From: Octopus vulgaris
Taxonomy: Eukaryota
NCBI GenBank assembly: GCA_951406725.2
Contig: OX597816.1
Location: forward strand, 169,384,001-169,448,000
Length of the DNA: 64,000 nucleotides
Direction: 5' to 3'
Positions within the stretch are counted from its first letter, which is position 1; the number at the start of each line of letters is the position of its first letter. The translations under genes were made by a program, and so were the position numbers. Below the pieces are notes generated by a model, which saw only the letters and a program-made list of their open reading frames with translations, was not told where the DNA came from and ran no database searches. Below are positions 1-12,309 of the stretch, piece after piece.

Positions 1-168
1 CTTATTTCGTCTGTCTTTACGTTTAGAGTCCAAATTCTGCCGAAGTCGTCTTTGCCTTTCACCCTTTCGGGGTCGATAAATTAAGTACCAGTTGCTTACT
101 GGAGTTGATCTAATCGACTCGTCCCCTCCCCCAAAACTTCGGGCCTTGTGCCTAGAGTAGAAAAGAAT
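1..168 (+). mobile_element. SINE family C, 3' part
   Basis: Core gcctttcaccctttcggggtcgataaattaagtaccag and tail shared with 21310-21710 and 46872-47912. Confidence 0.8.
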
Positions 169-559
169 TATATCTTTGTAACTACCTGTTTTTTTTCTCT
201 TTGAAACCAGTACTTTAGCTCAAACAATATTCCTATTTCTTTACTGCCCACAAGGGGCTAAACACAGAGAGGACAAACGAGGACAGACAGAGCTCAAACA
301 ATATTCCTATTTCAGCTTCAACTATTTCCCTGTTCCTTCAAAATTGTTATAACAGATTTTTGTTTATGCTATCGCAATGAGATGAGGGTAATAATTGTCT
401 CTAACACACTGACAAGCAAAACTATGCGGGGTGGGATGAGGACAAAGGTTTAAGAGCGCTCAAACTGACCCCAGTATTTCTCCAGAGTGAAAAGTAAAAT
501 TGATCACTGTGGGATTTGAACTCAAAATGTAAAGAACGGGAATAAATGAAATTAATAAT

Positions 560-1152
560 AATATTGGTTTCAAAATTTGGCACAAGGTCAGCGGACTTTC
601 AAGGCCGGTGTGAATCGATTACATCATGTGGAAGCACTCTGTCGGTTACGACGACGAGGGTTCCGGTTGATCCGAATCAACGGAACTGCATGCTCGTGAA
701 ATTAACGTGTAAGTGGCTGAGCACTCCACAGACACGTGCACCCTTAACGTAGTTCTCGGGGATATTCAGCGTGACACAGAGAGTGACAAGGCCGGCCCTT
801 TGAAGTACAGGTACAACAGAAACAGGAAGTAAGAGTCAGAGAAAGTTGTGGTGAAAGAGTACAGCAGGGATCACCACCATCCCCTGCCGGAACCTCGTGG
901 AGCTTTTAGGTGTTTTCGCTCAAAAAACACTCACAAAGCCCGGTCTGGGAATCGAAACCGCGAGTCCGCTGCCCTAACCACTGGGCCATTGCGCTTCCCG
1001 CCGATTACATCAACTCCAGTGCTCGACAGGTACTTGGTTTATCGACCCCGAAAGATGAAAGGCAAAAAATCGACCTTGGCGGGATTTGAACTCAGAACGT
1101 AAATGCTATTAAGATATGATGCTAAGTATTTTGTTCGAAACGCTAAGGATTC
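560..1152 (-). mobile_element. SINE family C interrupted by a family A SINE
   Basis: Reverse complement of family C tail and core on both sides of the 627-1001 insert. Confidence 0.7.
627..1001 (-). mobile_element. tRNA-derived SINE family A
   Basis: Reverse complement of 3579-3980; 11-bp TSD cgattacatca at 616-626 and 1002-1012. Confidence 0.85.
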
Positions 1153-1294
1153 TATCACCTCGTTACCTTCAAAATTAATAATGATTTCAAATTTAGACAC
1201 AAGGCCTGTAAGTTTAGGGGAGGGGGAGAGTCAATTACATCGACTCTAGTGTTCATCTGGCACTTGTTTTATCGACCTCTGAACAGATGAAAGG

Positions 1295-1420
1295 ATTGGG
1301 AAATATACACCGCCGGAAGTTGTTGTTGACAAACAACGGCAGTAATTTTATTCAGCTGAATACACGTCATTGATTGGTTGAAATTATCGAAATACAACAA
1401 ATTTAGCACGAAATAACTTC
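1295..1420 (-). mobile_element. Internal fragment of the 28202-28824 MITE family
   Basis: Matches reverse complement of ~28350-28460. Confidence 0.6.
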
Positions 1421-1930
1421 GTAACTGGTACTTATTTAATCGACCCCGAAAGAATGAAAGGCAAAGTCGACCTCGGTGGAATTTGAACTCAGAAGGTAGC
1501 GACTGGTGAAATATCTATTTCTTTACTACCCACAAGGGGCTAAACACAGAGAGAAAAAACAAGGACAGACAAACGGATTAAGTCGATTATATTGACCCCA
1601 GTGCGTAACTGGTACTTATTTAATCGAACCCGAAGGATGAAAGGCAAAGTCGATCTCGGCAGAATTTGAACTCAGGACGTAGCGGCAGACGAAATACCTA
1701 TTTCTTTACGACCCAAAAGGGGCTAAACAAAGAGAGGATAAACAAGGAAAGACAAATGGATTAAGTTGATTACATCAACCCCAGTGCGTAACTGGTACTT
1801 ATTTAATCGACCCCGAAAGGATGAAAGGCAAATTCAACCTTGGCGGAATTTGAACTCAGAATGTAACGGCAGACGAAATACGGCTACGCATTTCGCCCGG
1901 CGTGCACCGATTCTGTCAGCTCGTCGCCTT
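1421..1930 (-). mobile_element. SINE family C with tandem ~180-190-bp internal units
   Basis: Three successive ggtacttatttaatcga...aaaggcaaa...gaatttgaactcag units. Confidence 0.8.
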
Positions 1931-2154
1931 ATACCGACTCTAGGAATAATATTTATTTCTATTTTCGGAGATTTTATCAGCAGTTTATCTGAAAGGTGGA
2001 ATTTATACAATATTCATATGACAACTAGAAGAATATATGAGCTTTTGGCATCAACATTTACACTGATATCATCAACACAATTTTGGCAAACACTTCATGA
2101 CTAGCCATCAACTATAACTGTAATTTATTCGTTACTTACCAGAAATATTACACA

Positions 2155-2241
<87 letters not shown>

Positions 2242-2263
2242 GTCTATCTATGTATCTATCTAT
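2155..2263. repeat. (ATCT)n microsatellite
   Basis: Direct observation. Confidence 0.95.
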
Positions 2264-2557
2264 CCGTGTTTTCTTTAAATATTTATATCTCTTGAAATTT
2301 TAGCTGGCCAGCTATACTTTCAAGAGATACAAATAATTTAAAGAAAACACGATATATATAGCAATAATAATTCTCTAAAAGAGATATAGACAGTAACTGC
2401 TCGATAACATAAGGGACTAAAGCCATCTGAATATGGCTAGGGACAGGGCAGGGTGGTGTTACTGTTGCATTTAGCCCCAGGCGAACATCGACGTCGCCAG
2501 ATAGGCCCGACACCGTCACGGTGTCCTTTAACCTGCAAAGGGAGATAATTCTCCGAT

Positions 2558-2631
2558 GAAGCGGAAACCACACACGGACCATGGTTTCAAGGTGTATTGC
2601 CTATCGTCAACGTGTGGTAGGCCTCCGCTTC
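2558..2631 (-). ncRNA. Minimal type I hammerhead ribozyme, UUGACGA core
   Basis: CACACG-UUGACGA-U-AGG-CAAUACA-CCU-U-GAAA-CCAUGG-UC-CGUGUG with extended stem I. Confidence 0.75.
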
Positions 2632-2917
2632 CTCGACGAATTCTCACTCTGCAGGATATTCACATATAGATTTTCAAGCAAAATACATTTGCTGATTTCG
2701 AAAATCTGTTCGACAGCAATAATAATTCTCTAAAAGAGATATAGACAGTAACTTCTCGATAACATAAGGGACTAAAGCCATCTGAATATGGCTAGGGACA
2801 GGGAAGGGTGGTGGGGGTGTTACTGTTGCATTTAGCCCCAGGCGAACATCGACGTCGCCAGATAGGCCCAACACCGTCACGGTGTCCTTTAACCTGCAAA
2901 GGGAGATAATTCCCCGA

Positions 2918-2989
2918 TGAAGCGGAAACACACACGGACCATGGTTTCGGTCGTATTGCCTATCGTCAACGTGTGGTAGGCCCCGCTTC
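2918..2989 (-). ncRNA. Minimal hammerhead ribozyme, second tandem copy with altered stem II
   Basis: CACACG-UUGACGA-UAGGCAAUACGACC-GAAA-CCAUGG-UC-CGUGUG. Confidence 0.65.
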
Positions 2990-3067
2990 CTCGACGAATT
3001 CTCACTCTGCAGGATATTCATATAGAAATCTATATATGAATATCCTGCAGAGTGAGAATCCGTCGAG

Positions 3068-3141
3068 GAAGCGGAGGCCTACCACACGTTGACGATAGGC
3101 AATACACCTTGAAACCATGGTCCGTGTGTGGTTTCCGTTTC
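3068..3141 (+). ncRNA. Minimal hammerhead ribozyme, inverted copy
   Basis: Stem I 3083-3088/3123-3128, core 3089-3095, GAAA 3111-3114, CCATGG 3115-3120, predicted cut after 3122. Confidence 0.75.
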
Positions 3142-3578
3142 ATCGGGGAATTATCTCCCTTTGCAGGTTAAAGGACACCGTGACGGTGTCGGGCCTATCT
3201 GGCGACGTCGATGTTCGCCTGGGGCTAAATGCAACAGTAACACCCCCACCACCCTGCCCTGTCCCTAGCCATATTCAGATGGCTTTAGTCCCTTATGTTA
3301 CGATATATATATATATATATATCGTGTTTTGTAATAATATTTTTAACTCCTGAAATTATAGTTGGTGAAATTGATTATACGTACGTTTGCCTATGCAATG
3401 TCCAGGAAGTTTATTCCTCCTTTGTATATCAACTACAGTAAGTCGTTGTGGTATCATATACATGATAAGCGTTTCGTTTGCGCGTTGTTCAGAATGCAAA
3501 TAATACTTTGTGTATAGTATGTTTATGCATACCATGCATAAATACGACCTTTTCACGTAGTACCAATATCATGCTATA

Positions 3579-3980
3579 GTGGAGGCGCAATGGACCAGTG
3601 GTTAGGGCAGCGGACTCGCGGTCATAGGATCGCGGTTTCGATTCCCAGACCGGGCATTGTGAGTGTTTATTGAGCGAAAACACCTAAAAGCTCCACGAGG
3701 TTCCGGCAGGGGATGGTGGTGATCCCTGCTGTACTCATTCACCACAACTTTCTCTCACTCTTACTTCCTGTTTCTGTTGTACCTGTATTTCAAGGGGCCG
3801 GCCTTGTCACACCCTGTGTCACGCTGAATATCCCCAAGAACTACGTTAAGGGTGCACGTGTCTGTGGAGTGCTCAGCCACTTACACGTTAATTTCACGAG
3901 CATGCTGTTCCGTTGATTCGGATCAACCGGAACCCTCATCGTCGTTACCGACGGAGTGCTTCCATTGCTTCCATCCATCC
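3579..3980 (+). mobile_element. tRNA-derived SINE family A, full length
   Basis: A box (tggaccagtggttagg), B box (ggtttcgattccc), (TCCA)n tail, 11-bp TSD atcatgctata. Confidence 0.9.
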
Positions 3981-4244
3981 ATCATGCTATAACTATTTTA
4001 GTATAGCTACTTTAATAGTTTGATATCTCTCACTCGCAACATTTTCGCATCTCAGTAAAAAGAATCCAAAAAACACTGTGGTTTCTTATGCAGTTTAAGT
4101 GCACAAAGTAAAGTTCTTGAGTAAATATGCGGATGATATTGGAAATAATACTGCGTAAGCAACTCCCAAAGGCCACAGGTCACCGTCGTGACAGTAACGA
4201 TAAAAGGAGATACCACTAGTTTCAAACTCAATAATAATTAAAAT

Positions 4245-4487
4245 AATAATGGTTTCAAATTTTGGTACAAGGCCAGCAATTTTAGGGGACAGAAAAAAAA
4301 ATCGATTACATCGACCCCAAAGTTTCACTGATAGTTATTTCACCGACCCCGAAAGGATGAAAGGCAAAGTCAACTTCGGCGGAATCTCGACTCAGAGCGT
4401 AAAACCGGAAGAAATGCCACTAAGAAATTTGTACGGCGTGCTAACGATTCTGCCAGCTGGCCGCCTTAATAACAATGATAATAATAA

Positions 4488-4518
<31 letters not shown>

Positions 4519-4525
4519 AATAATC

Positions 4526-4597
<72 letters not shown>

Positions 4598-4598
4598 T

Positions 4599-4632
<34 letters not shown>

Positions 4633-4652
4633 ATTGATGTTGATGATGATGT

Positions 4653-4687
<35 letters not shown>

Positions 4688-4875
4688 GTTTCAAATTTTT
4701 GCACAAGGTCAGCAATTTTGCGGGAGGGGATGAGTTGAATACATCAACCCCAGTACTCAACTGGTACTTATTTTATCGATCCAGAAAGGATGAAAGGCAA
4801 AGTCGACCTTGGTGGAGTTTGAACTCAGAACGTAAAGACGGAAGAAATGCCGCTAAGCATTTTGCCCATCGTCTT
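4245..4875 (-). mobile_element. Two family C SINE copies separated by a compound (AAT)n(GAT)n microsatellite (4469-4686)
   Basis: Family C reverse complements at ~4250-4468 and ~4687-4875. Confidence 0.8.
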
Positions 4876-5054
4876 AACGAAACTAACGTCCGTGTTTGTA
4901 AATAGTGTTCAAGTACCTCGGTGGTATTTGAACTCATAACATAAAGAGTCCGAAGAAAGGCTGCTGAGCATGTTGTTTGATGTGCTATCAATTCAACAGT
5001 TTCAACTTATTTCACATTGATGCTATGAATATTTTCAATAGTTCCTTTGTCAAT

Positions 5055-5226
5055 AGGCGCAGGAGTGGCTGTGTGGTAAATTGCTTGCTAACCAACCACA
5101 TGGTTCCGGGTTCAGTCCCACTGCGTGGCATCTTGGGCAAGTGTCTCCTGCTATAGCCCCGGGCTGACCAATGCCTTGTGAGTGGATTTGGTAGACGGAA
5201 ACTGAAAGAAGCCTGTCGTATATATG

Positions 5227-5257
<31 letters not shown>

Positions 5258-5471
5258 GTTTGTGTGTCTGTGTTTGTCCCCCTAGCATTGCTTGACAACC
5301 AATGCTGGTGTGATTACGTCCCCGTCACTTAGCGGTTCGGCAAAAGAGACCGATAGAATAAGTACTAGGCTTACAAAGAATAAGTCCCGGGGTCGATTTG
5401 CTCGACTAAAGGTGGTGCTCCAGCATGGCCGCAGTCGAATGACTGAAACAAGTAAAAGAGTAAAAGAGTAA
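5055..5471 (+). mobile_element. tRNA-derived SINE family B with internal (TA)n(TG)n microsatellite
   Basis: Head aggcgcaggagtggctgtgtggtaa, B-box-like ggttcagtccc, (GTAAAAGA)n tail; more than 10 near-identical copies in window. Confidence 0.9.
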
Positions 5472-5705
5472 ATATTGAGGGAAAAGGACTTGATACCGTA
5501 TGTTGTATTTTGTGCACAAAAGGATTAATGGTTACAAGCTACGACCCGTTAATTACTAGTTCACTGCATTTACAATGGCGAGAAGGTGGAAAGAAACGTC
5601 TTTTGGTAACTCGCGTAGAACAAAAATCACCGGTTTGCTTGCCAGTGGCTTCATAGTTTGCTAATTCTTTCTCATTGTTTGTATATCTGTTTGTCCTGCA
5701 CACAC

Positions 5706-5960
5706 ATCATCATCATCATCATCATTGTTCGACCGTGGTCGAGACAATGGAATTTACCATGCTACGCCAGACTTCACGGTTCATCATGGCATTACGGAGG
5801 TCCTGTTGCTGGATGCCTGTATCCCTGGAGATTACATCAGGGTAGGAGAGTGTGCGCCCTCTGGTATTGCGAGTAGATGGCTTCCAGAGGAGAAGAGTAG
5901 AAATTACCTCTTTTTCAGCTCTACAACAATGTCCAGCAAACTGGACTCTCCTACCTTTCA
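5706..5960 (-). mobile_element. RTE-like LINE 3' end with (GAT)n tail
   Basis: Peptide RRVQFAGHCCR...LLLWKP...RGR...AMMNREVWRSMV typical of RTE C-terminus. Confidence 0.75.
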
Positions 5961-6250
5961 CACACGCGCGCGCTTATGAATACATTTACACACAAATACA
6001 AATATACTTTAAGTCTGGTACATCATATAGCCAGCTGAAAAACTTCAGTTAACTAACATCGTTCTTACAATTAGATAACGAAATCTCACACCAAGTTTTA
6101 GTTAACCAAAATTTTTGGAAAACAAAGACGATATAGTTTGTCAGGTAGACAATTAGGAGTGTACCTTATCGTTAAAGACACTGCATGTGACCAATGCTAC
6201 GTCTTATCGGTAAACCACATTCATAGCTGGCCTTAGAAATTTATCAATTA

Positions 6251-6646
6251 CTAGCACTATCGCTTGGCGTTGCTCGTGTTTGTAAGGGAAATAACTATAT
6301 AAGCATTTTTATAGAGTTATAGCCAAAAAATAGCAAAAAATGCATTAAAAATGGAAAAAAAATGATGGTAAATTTTTTTTAAAATCGTTGACTCATCGTA
6401 GACATTTTTGGAGAGTTACTTCCCTTATATAATAGCGAAAAAATGCATTAAAATGGAAAAAAATGATGGTAAATTTTTTTTAAATCGTAGACTCATTGTA
6501 GACGCGCGCTAATACCCAGAAGGGCTCGATATGCATCACGACTATAAGATACCCGGCTTTGGTTAAACTGCACCGCAAAATGTGGGAGTAGTTAGGAATC
6601 TAAATCGTAGGAGACAGACACACAACTTCACTTTTATATATAAAGA
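6251..6646 (-). mobile_element. Non-autonomous Helitron
   Basis: Minus strand starts TC, ends GC-rich hairpin + CTAG, sits between A and T; second copy at 62528-62926. Confidence 0.8.
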
Positions 6647-6694
6647 TGTATAAGAATAAAGGGAATGGAATAACACTGATTATGTGTGTTAATA

Positions 6695-6930
6695 CTGGTT
6701 CCAAATTTTGGCATAACGTCAGCAATTTTAAGGTAATGGTGGTGCATTTTGGAGGAGTAAGTGGATTATATCGACTTCAGTGTGCAGCTGGTACTTATTT
6801 TATCGACCCTGAGAGGATGAAAAGCAAAGTCGACTTCGGTGGAATTTGAACTCTGAACGTAATGACGGACGAAATGCTGCTAAGCATTTTGTCTGGCGTG
6901 CTAACGATTCTGTCAGCCCTCCTCCTTAAC
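6695..6930 (-). mobile_element. SINE family C
   Basis: Reverse complement of family C head and core. Confidence 0.75.
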
Positions 6931-7192
6931 AAATTTGGCCGTCTTCCTAAGCGTACATTACTGATTGGATCCATTGATTTTCCATTTTGAAATGTATAAT
7001 ACACACTTGGCTAAGTTTTCATTATCTACTAAAAAATTGCATTCGCTATTTAAAGACTTGCTAAATTACATATAAGAAAATTTTACATTTTACACACTGC
7101 TAGAGGGTGTATTTTCCCATCTAATTGCAAAGATAATGTCAAGTAAATGTATTTATTGTGCGTGTACGTTTGTCTACGTATATATGGTTGTG

Positions 7193-8542
7193 CATGTATG
7201 TGTGTGTATGCATGTATGTATGTATGTATGTATGTATGTATGTATGTGTGTATGTATGTATGTATGTATGTATTTATGTATGTATGTATGTATGTATGTA
7301 TGTATGTGTGTATGTATGTATGTATGTGTGAATGTATGTATGTATGTATGTATGTATGTATGTATTTATGTATGTATGTATGTATGTATGTATGTATGTA
7401 TGTATGTATGTATGTATGTATGTGTGTATGTATGTATGTGTGAATGTATGTATGTATGTATGTATGTATTTATGTATGTATGTATGTATGTATGTATGTA
7501 TGTATGTGTGAATGTATGTATGTATGTATGTATGTATGTATGTATGTATTTATGTATGTATGTATGTATGTATGTATGTGTGAATGTATGTATGTATGTA
7601 TGTATTTATGTATGTATGTATGTATGTATTTATGTATGTATGTATGTATGTATGTATGTGTGAATGTATGTATGTATGTATGTATGTATGTATGTATGTA
7701 TGTATGTATGTATTTATGTATGTATGTATGTATGTATGTATGTATGTGTGAATGTATGTATGTATGTATGTATGTATGTATGTATGTATGTATGTATGTG
7801 TGAATGTATGTATGTATGTATGTATGTATGTATGTATTTATGTATGTATGTATGTATGTATGTATGTATGTATGTATGTATGTATGTGTGAATGTATGTA
7901 TGTATGTATGTATTTATGTATGTATGTATGTATGTATGTATGTATTTATGTATGTATGTATGTATGTATGTATGTATGTGTGAATGTATGTATGTATGTA
8001 TGTATGTATGTGTGAATGTATGTATGTATGTATGTATGTATGTATGTATGTATGTATGTATGTGTGAATGTATGTATGTATGTATGTATGTATGTGTGAA
8101 TGTATGTATGTATGTATGTATGTATGTATGTATGTGTGAATGTATGTATGTGTGTATGTGTGTATGTGTGAATGTATGTATGTATGTATGTATGCATGTG
8201 TGAATGTATGTATGTATGTATGTATGTATGTATGTGTGAATGTATGTATGTATGTATGTATGTATGTGTGAATGTATGTATATATGTATGTATGTGTGTA
8301 TGTGTGAATGTATGTATGTATGTATGTATGTATGTGTGTATGTGTGAATGTATGTATGTATGTATGTATGTGTGTATGTGTGAATGTATGTATGTATGTA
8401 TGTATGTATGTATGTATGTATGTATGTATGTATGTGTGAATGTATGTATGTATGTATGTATGTATGTATGTATGTGTGAATGTATGTATGTATGTGTGAA
8501 TGTATGTATGTATGTATGTATGTATGTATGTATGTATGTATG

Positions 8543-8571
<29 letters not shown>
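7193..8571. repeat. 1.4-kb (TATG)n array with recurrent TGTGAA and TATTTA variants
   Basis: Direct observation. Confidence 0.95.
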
Positions 8572-8573
<2 letters not shown>

Positions 8574-9399
8574 TTGTGTATATCTACTAAATATGTGGGA
8601 AATTCTGTCAGTGGGTGTGCTTGTAGAGTTGTTAGCTAACTCCTCCTACATTGTTTTATCGATTTTGATGAAACTTGAAACGTGAGTAGAACTCATGTCT
8701 GGAAACCTCGTGGCATACTCAGATATTTGAAAAAAAAAATCGATAATAGGGCCCCTGGCAGGGATCCTTATATATACATCTAATATATTTCATTTTATCA
8801 GCCAAGGGAAATAACCCATTCATCCAGATTTTAACAACCAAGGGAAATAACCCATTTATTTTCCTAAATCATTTGGTATAAATCAAATTGAATATGCTTA
8901 TTTCTTAGTATTTGAACTGCTAGAGTTATTTTCGCAATTTATCCAGTACAACCTTTAAACAATAAATAGTATTACCTAAACAATAGATCCACTTATTTCG
9001 GTTAGTGACTTATTCACGAATATACCAACACTAGCGCCGTTCAGGATAGTATTCTCTGGGAACGCACAAAAGCCCTTTTCAGAGTTATTTACTTTGAATT
9101 GTTATTATTTCATATCCTATTAGCCTGTTATTACGTAACATGCTTCACGATTTTAGTATACATACCTCATTAGTATTTCCTGCTAAGTTCTATATACCCT
9201 GGGAACGCATTAAAACCATTTTCGGGGCTACCTAATTTGAATTCTTACTATTGGGTAACTAATTTCATGTTATTACATAACTGACTTCACAATTTGGGTA
9301 TTGATAACTTATTGGGAATTCCTAAAAGCAAGATCCTATGTAAGACAGTTCGGTATTCTTTGTAAATGCACAAAAACCGTTTTAAGGGTAACATACTTT

Positions 9400-10585
9400 G
9401 TATCAAATGAAAGGATGAGCCTATATGAGCAGAAGACTATGCATGGATATGTTAGTAGAAAGCTCCGTGATGATAGTAACATCGATCATCAAAGCAGTTT
9501 ATCATGGTCCAATAGCCGGATTACTACCCCGCTTTGAAGAGTAAGCGTTTGCAATCTAGGAACATGAAATATCAACCAAGTACCTGATGCACAAAAGAGA
9601 TAGAGATGCAGGAAAAGCCATAAAATGTGACAATCAATGTAGACTAAGTGGAGTTCACACTGATGGTATCATCCACATCATAAGCAGTTGTCCGAAATTA
9701 TCACGGTATGATCTACCGAGGAGACATGACATTGTAGCTAGGACTCTATAATGAAATCCGTAGGAAGGATAATCCCGAGGACAAAGAAATAAGAACCCAC
9801 AATATGGTCGAAGCCATAGCCACTCATAATAAAAAGGAATACTGGTGAGATATACTAGTGAAGACTTCAATAAAATGTAAGCACAGCGTACTGATATAAT
9901 GATTTGGGATGGAGAAGAGAAACTGTGCGCAGGTGTGGAAATTAGCTGCCCAGCGGATGTTAACATAAAGTAATAAAGAGAACAACTATGCTGAATTATT
10001 CAGAAATCTATAGTTACTCTATCGACATTACAAGCTCAGGTTTATACCTGTAATTATTGAGGCCCTGGGATATGTAACTCACTGTCTATAAATACCAATC
10101 CTGAGAAATTACGCTTCACAAATCCAAAATGGAGAAAGCTAATTCGAAGACTACAGATCCAGTCCATCACTAGAACTGTAAAAATCTTCAAAACTTTCCA
10201 GAAGTTTATCATTTAAATATGAGTATATCTAGATATGCAACTATATGCATGAAAATACATACATAAAACATACATACATACATACATACATACATACATA
10301 CATACATACATGCATGCATGCATACATATATACATACATACATACACACACACACATACATACATACATGCATACATACATACATACATGCATACATACA
10401 TACATACATACATACATACATACATACATACATACATACATACATACGTACATACATGCATACATACATACACACGAACAAAAATACCCTACTGATGATG
10501 TTGAAATTCTAATGAAGGAGCCTTGGATCTAAGTTAGAAACCGGTTCTTTCTCTGTGGGCAAGAAAACTTTAAATAATGACATAT
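9400..10585 (+). mobile_element. Decayed R4/Dong-like RLE non-LTR retrotransposon 3' part with (TACA)n inside the 3' UTR
   Basis: HIISSCP, RHDIVA and EISCP motifs in broken frames; homologous to 50955-52565. Confidence 0.75.
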
Positions 10586-10862
10586 ATATATATTCGTAAG
10601 AGTTAGAAGTTTGGAAGCCAACCAACTAAACGATAGTACCCATCCAATATACTGCTGGTAGAGTGCCCAATTATTGATATACAACTGCTGGTTATGGGGT
10701 GGCAATTTTGCAATCGAGTGTCATATATGGGCGGAGGTAAAAAGTGGTTTACTCTTAATTTATACGGCCAAAATGAAATGGAGGGGATACAAAAACGACA
10801 TACATCAGCCGGTAGACATTCTATTATGTATATTTATTCCAAAACAAAAGGGAGTATTATAA

Positions 10863-10909
<47 letters not shown>

Positions 10910-11928
10910 GCACGCACACACACACGCACATATATATATATATAAAAATATTTATATGTGTTTGTGAGAGATTGTGTGTATCTGTAGCTATATCTACGAC
11001 CATAGGGAGCTTGTCTCTTTTTTGTCAACTCATTATGGTAGTGCTTTTGTTGGCTATTGAGTTGTTTTGACTCTTATCTCTAGCAATACTATTGCTGATT
11101 ACTACCCATGTTCACTTTAGTGACGTATATCTTTCTGCCTTTTGGTTGTAAATTGCGAATTGGCCACCCTTGCTATTTATTTGTACACAAATATACACAC
11201 GCACTCGCGCGTGCACACACAACACACTCATACACACATTTCTGTATACATACACATGTATACATACATACATACATACATACATACATACATACATACA
11301 TACATAATCCACCCTATGAATTCCCCACACCCAGCTGTTGCTGAAAAATATTTAGCTATGAGATGATATCAAAATGCTGCCGGTCTTCAGACGGTGCAAC
11401 GCGGTGGTTTCTACTTTCAATGCTAGGTAGCTTTTGTTGTAACTTGATAAATTAAACAAATTGCTTACCGAAGTATTGCAAAACTTTTGACTTAATGTAA
11501 TATGTATATATATATCTATATATTATATACATTTACGCTTACATTTCGTATAATATATTAAAACATCGTATCAGGCAACATAACTTCCATAATCTCATGT
11601 CAGTTCTATGTTATTTCCTAGTTATGTAACCTTTTGCTGATACGTTTGAATGATAAACGAATATTTCTAATGTTTGGAAATGAATTCTTGGTAAGTATAA
11701 TGGGAATCGGAGCAATAATAATTTGATTAAATATTAGTCTGTTGTAGTTATTTATTTATAGGCCAACCTTGCAGACCCATAACCAAAGGCCTTCCTCACT
11801 CTCTGTTATTTTAAAAGGTGATTCTCAGAGGGAGAAAATGTGTTTGGGAGTGTGTATACATACGCGGATATACATATATGTGCGCATGCATGTCGCCTTC
11901 GCTCTCTCTCTCTCTCTCTCTCTCTCTG

Positions 11929-12008
<80 letters not shown>

Positions 12009-12115
12009 CCTGCTCGCTTAGCCAGCGGGGTGGCGTCATTTGAAGGCTAAAACAATGCGAAGCGCATTGTGACCAGCGATGTGTAGCAACATCTGATACC
12101 GTGGTCGGTCACGGT

Positions 12116-12147
<32 letters not shown>

Positions 12148-12157
12148 CTGCATTATG

Positions 12158-12252
<95 letters not shown>

Positions 12253-12309
12253 CATATATGTATGTATTACGTGTACATTTATATGCATATAGTGAAACAT
12301 GTGAGTATA

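Larger units (their letters stand above)
2357..3301. mobile_element. Non-coding HHR-bearing element (PLE pLTR/retrozyme-like): two minus-strand units at 360-bp period plus an inverted plus-strand copy
   Basis: ~2360-2661 repeats at ~2716-3020; 3037-3300 is the reverse complement; TA runs flank both ends. Confidence 0.85.

Noticed and set aside
2283-3353. Three similar ORFs (MVRVWFP...)
   Set aside because: By-products of the ribozyme repeat; the ATG lies in the CCATGG stem III palindrome and no domain is recognisable
3579-3655. tRNA genes at SINE heads
   Set aside because: No complete cloverleaf; they run into SINE bodies bounded by TSDs
7136-8685. Many [16 protein letters not shown] ORFs here and throughout the window
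   Set aside because: Translations of microsatellites
8580-9310. Possible Helitron-like remnant with internal repeats
   Set aside because: Termini could not be defined
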